Assembly (NCBI GenBank): GCA_907165135.1
Contig: OU015568.1
Coordinates: forward strand, 15,759,208 to 15,823,207
Length of the DNA stretch: 64,000 nucleotides
DNA from: Oikopleura dioica
Lineage: Eukaryota > Animalia > Chordata
Reading direction: 5' to 3'
A program made the position numbers and the translations under genes. Positions within the stretch are counted from its first letter, which is position 1; every line of letters begins with the position of its first letter. The notes under the pieces are model-generated. The model was not told the origin of the DNA and ran no database searches. It saw only the letters and a list, made by a program, of their open reading frames with translations. Positions 54,949 to 64,000 of the stretch are shown in pieces.

Positions 54949-56495
54949 GAATGCGATCTGAAAGATGACGGAAATTCTTGTGTCACGAGTTTATGGAAGT
55001 CAGTCACATATGAGGGGAAGCCAGCTGTGAATCTGACGATATACTCGAGCTCAATGTCTGAAAAGGAGGGGAACTGGGCGGGCTTAGGAAAGTTCGCCAT
55101 GACATTTGTCTGTCACTCATATGATTCAAATTTCATCATCTTTATGATTCTTGAACATGTGTGCCTCAGCCTTTCAGATAAAGTCAGGCTGAACTTGGCA
55201 AGGCTTCAGTGAAGCAGACGATATGGCCATTGCAGATTTATTCATTTGCAAAAGGATTGGAAATGATACAAAGCTTTTTCAGGACTGGAATCATAGAGGA
55301 GTACCAGATAAAATCAAGAATACGAGCTCGTTCGTAAGATTACAAAGCTTCATATTCTCTTGAGTTCTTCAAAAGCATATTCATATCAAAATGGCCGACC
55401 TGTCGAATATATTAACTACTCGGGCATCTTTCCAGAAACCGTTGAAACTTCACTTCTCGATCCAAAGAATTCAACTGTCGGCTTTTGGTGCTCATTTACC
55501 ATGTCGTCAAATCATACCAAAAGCTCCAGTACTAATAGCAGCACAGTTTTCATTTACGATAAAAACTCGATATATCATTTGATCGAAGCCTATGGGCAAT
55601 TGACGTCTTGGGTACGTAGACTAGCATGATTCACATGAAATTCTCTCTCATACATAAACAAGGATCTAACTTTTCATGACGGAACTGCAGCTGCTGGAGA
55701 CGAAGTTCACGGCTTTTACGTAGACGAGATTCATAAAGAATACAAAATTCCATCAGAAACGAAGAACACCAAACTGTTCAAGTCACATGGAAGCCTCATG
55801 ATCATCGCGTGGGGTTTTTTCATTCCTGGTAAGTTAGCCTAGAAAATATCCGGGTAAATGAGGACGAACTTTAGTCGGAGCTCTGCTAGCTGCTGCACGG
55901 GTCTTATTCCAAAAAGGAGGACTCTGGTTCCATCTTCATCGTGCATTCATGATCATTGGAGTTTTGTTAAATATTGCTGGATTTACTGTAATTTTCATCG
56001 AAAAAGGTGGCTTCGTCTCGCCGAGCTATACTTTAGGTAACCTCAATTAACAGAAAAAAAACTTACAAACAAGGATACGTTCATGGAATATTCGGCTGCA
56101 TGATCATGTTTTACTCTGGAATCAATGTTCTTCTTGGGCTTTTTCGACCAGATCTTGAGTCGCCCAGGAGAAAAAAATGGCGACGAACTCATTTCATCTA
56201 TGCTGGACTTGCTATTCTTCTTTCTAATGTATTTCAATTGATACTTTTAAGACATCAAATCTCTGTTTCCTAGACGAACATAACTACAGGGCTTTACATG
56301 GTATCCCTGAAGTCCTCTGCCATTGCTTTTGGAGTGCTCAGCGGAGTAGCTATGCTTTTTATTCCCCTGTTTCATTTTTGGCTTTCTTCTGACGATTTAC
56401 CAATGCCGATTCACCACCTTGTTCTGTCGGGCGTACTCGCCATTCTGCTCGCGAATACCGTCGCTGCAGCAACAACGTTCCTTTTGAACACTTGA
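54949..56495 (+). CDS. DOMON + cytochrome b561 ferric-chelate reductase (FRRS1-like)
   Basis: NWAGLG (DOMON), KSHGSLMIIAWGFFIP, WFHLHRAFM, VHGIFG, GFFRPD..SPRRKKWRRTHF; 5' end not resolved. Confidence 0.78.
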
Positions 56496-56838
56496 AAACA
56501 CGCTCCACAACTCGATTTCTGAGAGAACATAACATAAAAGCCTTCCGTTGCACGTCGATATTGATATTATTTGCACAAGATGGAGTGCTGAGTTTATCAA
56601 GTTGATACTTGTGGCACAATCAAAAGTCGACTTAGACGCTAATCGTTAAAATCCACCTGCAGTACATGTCAAAATTGTATTTCTAAGCATCAAGAGAGTA
56701 AGCAAAAAAAGACTGGCATTTGATCTCATTTTTGGGCCGGTAATGCTTGTTGGATTAGGGAAGTTTGTACCAAGATCAATTAGTGTTTCAGTTGTTCTTT
56801 GATAAGAATTAGGTTTCGAAATATGCACTACTTGTAAT

Positions 56839-57232
56839 CAGGGTTGCAAATTTTGCTTTATTTATGCTGAGCTGAGCTGGCCTTTTTAAGAGGTCATTGA
56901 GCGGATCTGAGCTGTGCAGACCTTTTTTAAAGCTAGTTGAGCTGAGCTGAGCGGACCCTAATGAGAGCTGAGCTGAGCTGATTGACCTGAGCTGAGCTAT
57001 TTTTAACTGTGTTTTAGTAGTTAAACTGTATTAAAATCATTGAGCTGAGCTGAGCTGAGGAAAGTGATAGTTGTCTGAGCTGAGCTTAGCAGAACAGGTC
57101 ATGTTCGAAAATAATTGAGCTGAGCTGAGCTGAGTGAAAAATGTCTGAGCTGAGCTGAGCAGATCATATCATTTTCAAAAATCACTGAGCAGAGCCGAGC
57201 TGAGCAACTGCAACTGCAAATTTGCAACTCTG
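56839..57232. mobile_element. hAT-type MITE with (GAGCT)n arrays
   Basis: TIRs CAGGGTTGCAAATTT / AAATTTGCAACTCTG; 8-bp TSD CTTGTAAT / CTTGCAAT (1 mismatch); dense TGAGC pentamers. Confidence 0.85.
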
Positions 57233-58280
57233 CTTGCAATTTTTATTGATCAGATGCGTATCAGGCCGATCATTTTGCAACAAATCTGATGCTTTGAAAA
57301 TTTCACACCTTCGCAGGAGACTATCATATGCTTAATTACTGCTTTTTCCCATGATTATCGCCAGCAATTTATGAATTTACACGAGCATTGTTGTAGGTAC
57401 ACTTTAGCTGCCAAATCACCCCTCGAGCCAAATCAAACCCGCCCCCGGGACATGGAGTGGCCTTTTGCTCGATCAAAGTCGCCTATTGACGCAAAATGGC
57501 CCCTAAATCGTAGAATTTGTGATCAAACCGCGGCCATGTGTCAGCGAGTAACGGATCTTCCGGCAACTTGGAAGTGCTTTCTCAATATTTAGAAGATTAA
57601 GCTTTCCCATTAGGACATGCTCTTTGAACCAAACAAACAATTTTGACTTGTTAGATGCTTTTCAGTTTGCCCAAGAGTCACGAACTAGCCATGAAGCTGG
57701 AGCCACCTGCACAGGTACTTTCAAGTGACAAGGAAATCTGCCACAACTTGTACCATTATGTTCACAGGCCTCTTCACTACTTCACCTGTAATCGCAACTT
57801 CAAAAATCGTCAAACCAAAATTTCCATGGAGTGCATTTACGCTCGATTATTGCGCGAGCACGTGATCATTAACGCCGATCGGAACTGATTCTCCTTAGGA
57901 AGTTCTCTCGATGATTGATAATTTATCGACTGGAAGGTAAATGTCACTTGATGGTTGACACGATAATATTTTTTCGCTAAAATTATTCAAACATGTGAGT
58001 TTTACGCATACGTGGGAACGACCTTTGCGGTTGTAAATTACACAGTGCTGCGTAAACCACAGAGGAAATAGCCCAAACGATAACGACTTTGATTCATGAA
58101 AGAACAAATCGACTTCTATCGAAGCGGAAAGCACTTTGCTGAGGTGAAAGTATCGTTTCCGAGTCCCATTCGCTCGCACTTGCCTTGATAGAAAAAAATT
58201 GGCGCAAGCTAATGAATTTTTTTTATGATTTGTCAACGAATAATTATTGGCTATAATTTATTGCGTTCGTTTTTATTGCA

Positions 58281-58320
58281 GGCTTAACGTTTTCGGAACA
58301 GAAATTCCATCATCAGAGCC
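58281..58320 (-). ncRNA. Minimal type I hammerhead ribozyme (3' pLTR)
   Basis: GGCT-CTGATGA-T-GGAA(TTTCTG)TTCC-GAA-AACGTT-A-AGCC, followed by AATAAA. Confidence 0.88.
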
Positions 58321-58509
58321 GGTTGCTTGAAAACTTGACGATCTTTTTTACAAGGGAGAAACTGACCTTTTCTTGTTGAAGAGTGAACTGATCAAAATTG
58401 CGAATAATAATTTGATCCCTAACCATATTCTAGAGAAAATTCTTTAACCCAAACTGTTTTTATAATCTCAGAGGCTCCAATTGCCTTCAAAACTTGCCTC
58501 TGAGTGGTA

Positions 58510-60999
58510 TCACAAAATGAAGATTTTTCGATGGTTGATCTGTTTGTTTAACTGCGGATCTTTAAGCACGATTTCAAGACCCTCAACTTGTTTTCTCTTG
58601 TCATAAGGAAGATTTTTATGTAATATCGAAAAATGTGAGCTAAGATAGTCAAATCGAGATTGAGGATTATTTTGCTGATATTTCTCAATGAACCCTGTCT
58701 TAAAATCATCACACTCTTTTGTATGAGAAAATATAGCTGTATCTTTTGATGGTTGTCCATGATCTCGGATTCTCATGCTCAGGGATTCCGACTCTCCAAT
58801 ATACTCTTCGCCGCACCGACATTTAAACGAATACACCACATTAATGGCCTTTTCGAATTCCGTCTTCGGCAGTAGACTGGAGATAATCGTGTTACGCATC
58901 GTTACAGTAGACAATGCCGTGTGCAAATTAAATTCTGGTAAAAATACGGATATCAACCTGCGCAACTCGCTGGTTATTCGGGACACCCTCTGACTCGTGA
59001 AAGGAATACAGAGTGTAAAATTTCTCTCTGGATTTTCAGACTTTTCCAGTTTCCAGTCTTTTTTATCCGTTTTACCCTCTTTAACTACTCTTACTGCATC
59101 ACGTATAATTTCTAGGGGAAATTCTTGAGAGAGATATTTCTGTTCTATCTCTTTTAACTCCTCGTCAAGAGTTTTCTGACAAGAATGCTTGTAGAATGAC
59201 CTTTTGATTTCTGATATAAGAATTCCCTTTTTCAAAGAGACCGGAGCAGTATCTTTTACGAAATTCATCGGAACTGTGTGTTTACGATTGTTGCGTATTT
59301 GAAGGATATTTGATTCTGAAGGATAAATTATAAAATCAAGGAATTTTATACCACTTGGACAAGATCTTTCGACTGTAATTTTCAGACTTTCATGAAGACT
59401 TTGAAAAATATTATTGACTTCGTCGAAACAACCACGTTTGAAGAATACGATGGTATCATCGAGATAGCGCCGATAACCGAAAATGATTTTTTCATTAATC
59501 AATTTTTTGATTTTGTCTTTTCGAGTACATGTAGATAAAAATTTGCCAATTTAGGGCTAATACTGTCACCCATACTTAGACCCGAAATTTGCTTATAATA
59601 CTTGTCAAAACAACGGAAAGAGGTCAAACGAGTGAGCACAGAAACTAAGACAGGCCTAAGAACAGTTTTTGGAATTGGTTTCAATAATTTTTTTCCTCAT
59701 TTCTAAATCTTGGCAAAATTTTTGACGGTGAATTTTCCTCATAAATAAATTTGATTAATAACTCAATTAAATGCGAAGTATTTACTGAAGGGTACATTTT
59801 TTCAATATCAAAACTTGCATAATCAATTTGTGAGTAATCAAAATTTTTGTCTTTAAACCAGTCGCTAAATTGTTTTGATCCTTGAAGAGTAAAATCGCAC
59901 TTCAAGTTATCAAGTAATTTTCCAAGAAAATTTTTCTGAAAATTTTCGCTTACTGTATTTTTGCCGAAATAATAGGCCTCATATTTAATTCTTGCTCAAA
60001 CGATGGTTTGTGATATTTGGCTAAACCATAAGCTACTTTTATATTAGAAATAGGTTTATTCAAATTATAAAATTTCTTGTCGACATATTTTTCGAGTGAT
60101 CTTAAGTTTTTCCGCATTTCTATAGTATCTTCCTCAACCGGATCTAGTGGCACCTCAATAAATTTATTTGTATCCTTAAATTCTGCTAAAAGAGCATTTT
60201 CGTATCTGTCTCTTTCTAGAATAACGATTACAGAATCTTTGTCACCAAGAACAAAAACAATATCTGAATTATCCCTTAAAAATTGTCGTATTACTTTATT
60301 ACTGTCATCTCCCCCAAAACAACAAGTGAGTTTTTCATGCATAACAGTAAGTTTTCCCTTAAGATGAAATTTAGATATCGGTGAAAGAGACTGAAATTTG
60401 TCATACCGTTGAAGATGTCCAAGTAAACTGTCAAATTGTTGTAATAAATTTAATTCATGAGGCCTTCCCCCTACAGGGGCCTTGTAACCTCTTTCTAGAA
60501 TTTTCTGAATATTATTTGGAATTTGTTTACTGGATAAATTTTTTACTAAAAATTTTATTGGTTTATTAAATTGTTGTTTGGCTTTGAGTTTCCCAAATTT
60601 AATTTGTCTCTTGTTATCTCGATCTTCATCTTTTATTCTAGCTTTATTTTCTAAATCTATTATAAATTTCATTCTTTCTTTTTCCGATTTAATTTTTTCT
60701 TCATCGAAAAACTTTAACAGATGTTCATTAAATAATACCCTAATTTCTTCTAATTTTTTATTACAATTTTCAAGTTCCCTTACTAAAATTTTTTCCCGTT
60801 CCCTACGAATTTTATTCCTTCCCCATTTACAAAATTTTAAAACTGAGGCTGGTACCTTTGTAAAATTAGGCAATAATTGATCAGAAACACAGTTCGATAA
60901 GAAATTCTGTGCTCCCCTGGACCTGTGCATTTTTGATGCCAAGTTTTCCAAGCGCTTGATTCGATGTCGGTAGCCATTATTTGAATCGTTAATTGACAT
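58510..60999 (-). CDS. Penelope RT-GIY-YIG polyprotein (~830 aa; three -1 shifts in A runs)
   Basis: GDKDSVIVIL, YGLAKYHK, RPIIS, FDIEKMYPSV, QISGLSMGDSISP, RYLDDT, FLD; VVYSFKCRCGEEYIGES..RIRDH..H..C, EGLEI..PQLN. Confidence 0.92.
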
Positions 61000-61029
61000 C
61001 AGAAGATAAATGAGTTCGTTTTTATTGCA

Positions 61030-61069
61030 GGCTTAACGTTTTCGGAACAGAAATTCCATCATCAGAGCC
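61030..61069 (-). ncRNA. Minimal type I hammerhead ribozyme (5' pLTR)
   Basis: Identical to 58281-58320; 30 nt upstream of the ORF ATG. Confidence 0.88.
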
Positions 61070-61412
61070 GGTTGCTTGAAAACTTGACGATCTTTTTTAC
61101 AAGGGAGAAACTGACCTTTTCTTGTTGAAGAGTGAACTGATCAAAATTGCGAATAATAATTTGATCCCTAACCATATTCTAGAGAAAATTCTTTAACCCA
61201 AACTGTTTTTATAATCTTTTGAATATTTTATAATCTGTTTTTGAAGGCAATTGGAGCCTCTGAGATTATAAAAACAGTTTGGGTTAAAGAATTTTCTCTA
61301 GAATATGGTTAGGGATCAAATTATTATTCGCAATTTTGATCAGTTCACTCTTCAACAAGAAAAGGTCAGTTTCTCCCTTGTAAAAAAAAGATCGTCAAGT
61401 TTTCAAGCAACC

Positions 61413-61452
61413 GGCTCTGATGATGGAATTTCTGTTCCGAAAACGTTAAGCC
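61413..61452 (+). ncRNA. Minimal type I hammerhead ribozyme (inverted pLTR)
   Basis: Same motif on the plus strand. Confidence 0.88.
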
Positions 61453-61556
61453 TGCAATAAAAACGAACTCATTTATCTTCTGATGTCAATTAACGATTCA
61501 AATAATTTATTGCCAATAAATAACAAATATAATGCGTATAATACAATAATTATTAA

Positions 61557-61797
61557 GGACCCACCCGTCAGCTTTTTTCGAAAAATCTATTTTCGGAATT
61601 TAAAAATTTTGACCCCGGAAATGGATTCTACGGGTCAAAAACGATTTTGACGCTTCATTTTTTGGGGTCTATCTCGACTCCTTCACCCTCAAAATCGCAT
61701 TTGAAAATCGGACTTTTCGCCGAAAATTGACGAAAATGACCTTATTTTGGCAAAAATATAGATTTTTCTTGGTCAAAAAGCTGACGGGTGGGGGTCC
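61557..61797. mobile_element. MITE with TTAA (or TA) target duplication
   Basis: TTAA|GGACCCACCCGTCAGCTTTTT ... AAAAAGCTGACGGGTGGGGGTCC|TTAA; a similar solo end TTAAGGACCCCC..GT at 6848-6868. Confidence 0.85.
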
Positions 61798-61905
61798 TTA
61801 AATGAAAGATTTGTAATAAAAGTTGCTTTTTATAAATGTATTTTATCAAATAGCCTATATTTGAAATAGGGTGTACTTATTTTAATGGTAAAACACTCTC
61901 TGATG

Positions 61906-61955
61906 AACCCTAACCCTAAATCTAACCCTCACCCTAACCAATGGTTTAGGGTTAG
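61906..61955. repeat. Degenerate telomere-like CCCTAA/TTAGGG repeats
   Basis: AACCCTAACCCTAAATCTAACCCTCACCCTAACC...GGTTTAGGGTTAG; similar at 158-183. Confidence 0.6.
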
Positions 61956-62633
61956 TAAAAATTTTACCTTATTTATTTTCGAGTTCATCTTTTACCTTAT
62001 TGAGCGAAGGCCGTTTTCTTACCTTTTATCAGAAATTACTTCAGTTTATCATAGCGGAAACTCCCATTAATACTGCCATATCACTATTTGACTGTCGGTT
62101 ATGCATATTTGTCAGTGAAGAAATCACGACTTTGTTTTGCTTATCAGCGTCAGAACGTGTCATTAGCCATCACAATCGTTCTTGTTTCGCTAAAGTTTCC
62201 GGTGGCCAAAGAGAAAAGCTGCCAGCTCGTCGACGTCCGATTCCGGCCTGAAGAAATATCGACAGTTGGCGTTTTTGATAATGTCCGGCCAAATTAAATA
62301 TCGGAATAGATTTACGCGCAACAGTTGGAATTGAACAAAAGCAGCGTGCTTCCTACGACAACATTTGGCCATTAGCGGACGTCCCATTCACTGGATAAAG
62401 TTCGGTGCAACGTTGAAAGGATATTTTGTTACTGGAAAATATAAAGAAAGAAGAATGGAGGCAGGAAACGGTCAAAGCTGTACTAACGCGCTTGTGTACA
62501 TTTCGTACTTATTTCACATTGGAACGATTGACTTTTGTGCTTTTTAAAAAATAAAGGGTTTGGTTGGCAATCCAGGATAGGTTTAGTAAAAAAGTAGTAA
62601 AGGGTAATTCTTAGAGCTGCTCCTAAGCCTAAC

Positions 62634-62819
62634 CCGTAGAGAGGGGTTATCATTCGAGCCATCCAATATCTCTAGAATCTAGGCTAGTGGTTAGGGTTAG
62701 GGACTGGGGGCTCCGGGGGACGAAGCCTCCTAGTTAAGGCCTTAGGTGGGGGGTCCCAGGGGGGGTCCCTGAGTTAGGTTGAGGGCTAGGGGCAGCTCGA
62801 ATGATAACCCCTTAGTACC
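62634..62819. mobile_element. Non-autonomous element with inverted repeats GGGGTTATCATTCGAGC and internal TTAGGG-like repeats
   Basis: 17-bp inverted repeat at 62643 and 62811; related inverted copy at 63746-63860; sits inside a related outer element ~62585-62960. Confidence 0.7.
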
Positions 62820-63745
62820 CCACCCCCAGTTATGGCATAAATCAGGGGGCTTTGCTGCCCATCCTCTTTCTGAGTTCCTAACCCTAACCACAAGCCCAAA
62901 TTCAAGAGATATTGAATGGCACAAATCTTAGGCTTGAAGGATAACCCTTCTTTACTGGTGAAAAATATTTAGACTTCGTCAAGACCCTCTGATTGAAAAG
63001 GTGTCTGAAGCCTTCCCGTGATGTCACTCACTCCCTCGCTTTTTCTTTCATTTCTAATCTTCAGATCGAATAACTCACAGTCAGTCTACATTTGTTTGTT
63101 CGGCCCCTTTGATGTGGTGTTGAGGGACATATTTTAGCGCAATTACCTCTGTAAACTCTGAGTTGATTGACGCGTCTTCCCGTATATTTGGTATTTTTGG
63201 AGCTTGTCTAAAACATCCCTAAATCATTTTATTTACAAAAAATCGTGAACTTTGAAAATGGACCTTGCTACTTCCTTGTTGTCTTTTCCATCTTTTTTGG
63301 GCAAATTTCACCATCTTGATAATGTTGAAAAAAGTAAAAATGTCATCGAGCGTTGGAGTCAAAATCAAAATGCCACTGAACTTTCCACAGCTCTGCCGAC
63401 TGTCAACGTAAATTTTCATATTCCACCGCAAAATATACGAGCAGCATCCTGCATGGAATTTAAGCATGACAAGGTTAATGAGTTGATTTATCGAGGCAGA
63501 AGCCAAAACGAAATAAAATCAAGAATCACAATGACGGACGTGATATTTTCACAGCCACGCAGGTCCAAGATACATGTCGTTTATATTACAGACAGAACTG
63601 AATGAGAAAATACCGATGATAGCAGGCTTTTGCCCGGGATTTGAAGCTGTTCGCCACGGATGGCGAACAGGTTATCCGGTCAGCCAATCACAAGACAGGA
63701 TTCTCTTAGTGGCGGCGTAACCCCGGATTTGAGTCTGCTATCATG

Positions 63746-63860
63746 GTAGTAGGGGGTTACCATTCGAGCTGCCCCTAACCCTAAACCTAACCACTACCCC
63801 AGATTCTAGAGATATTGGATGGCTCGAATCATAGGCTCGAATGATAGCCCCTCTTTACGG
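63746..63860. mobile_element. Second, shorter, inverted copy of the 62634-62819 element
   Basis: Shares GATTCTAGAGATATTGGATGGCTCGAAT and both ends with the first copy. Confidence 0.7.
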
Positions 63861-64000
63861 CTATTATCCGTATGTCGTCAATAAAAGACGAGGATGTCTT
63901 AGAGACACAGGCGCACATCAAAATACGGTTTACGGTGCGGAATCCGTTGGATTAAAAAATGATGCAGAAAGGAAAGAATCGCAATCTTTGGCGAATTTCC

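Larger units (their letters stand above)
58265..61506 (-). mobile_element. Penelope-like retroelement (RT + GIY-YIG) with two direct pLTRs and a 5' inverted pLTR
   Basis: pLTRs 58265-58466 and 61014-61217 direct; inverted copy ~61238-61506 with a tail copying the ORF start; 12-bp TSD ATAATTTATTGC (58253-58264, 61502-61513). Confidence 0.95.

Noticed and set aside
56865-57205. CRISPR-like or Ig switch region
   Set aside because: Eukaryotic DNA, no constant repeat-spacer period and no cas or Ig genes; bounded by hAT TIRs and a TSD.
57240-58250. Short ORFs here and at 62000-63600
   Set aside because: No motifs or consistent exon structure; treated as non-coding.
59905-59953. Intron in the Penelope ORF (GTAAG after AKIQ)
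   Set aside because: A one-base correction gives continuous RT sequence (RPIISAKNTVSENF), so no intron is needed.
63647-63670. 10-bp hairpin CTGTTCGCCA-CGGA-TGGCGAACAG as a terminator
   Set aside because: Eukaryotic context, no U tract; more likely part of a repeat.

Overview
Eukaryotic, very compact genomic DNA with many ~40-nt introns, some GA-AG/GC-AG donors and operon-like gene spacing. This fits an appendicularian tunicate, most likely Oikopleura dioica (inferred from architecture only). Left part: a secreted 7-repeat jelly-roll/lectin-like (oikosin-like) protein and a partially duplicated unit made of an atypical kinase fused to a papain-fold domain, facing a secreted Cys-rich/mucin-stalk/DNase I fusion. 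Middle: two divergent gene trains, USP37-ACAT2-eIF3e-AGPAT3/4-CFAP46 on minus and EXOSC2-GTF3C1-small TM gene-EFL1-VIRMA on plus. These include two nested paralogous genes in a GTF3C1 intron, an intronic SNORD94-like snoRNA, and a hAT MITE in the USP catalytic Cys box. Right part: FLVCR-like MFS, Ly6/uPAR and DOMON-cytochrome b561 genes, then a near-intact Penelope-like retroelement with three minimal hammerhead ribozymes, an inverted pLTR and a 12-bp TSD, plus several MITEs. Most frameshifts are single-base losses in A/T runs and may be assembly errors. All gene names come from motif recognition by eye; no database search was run.
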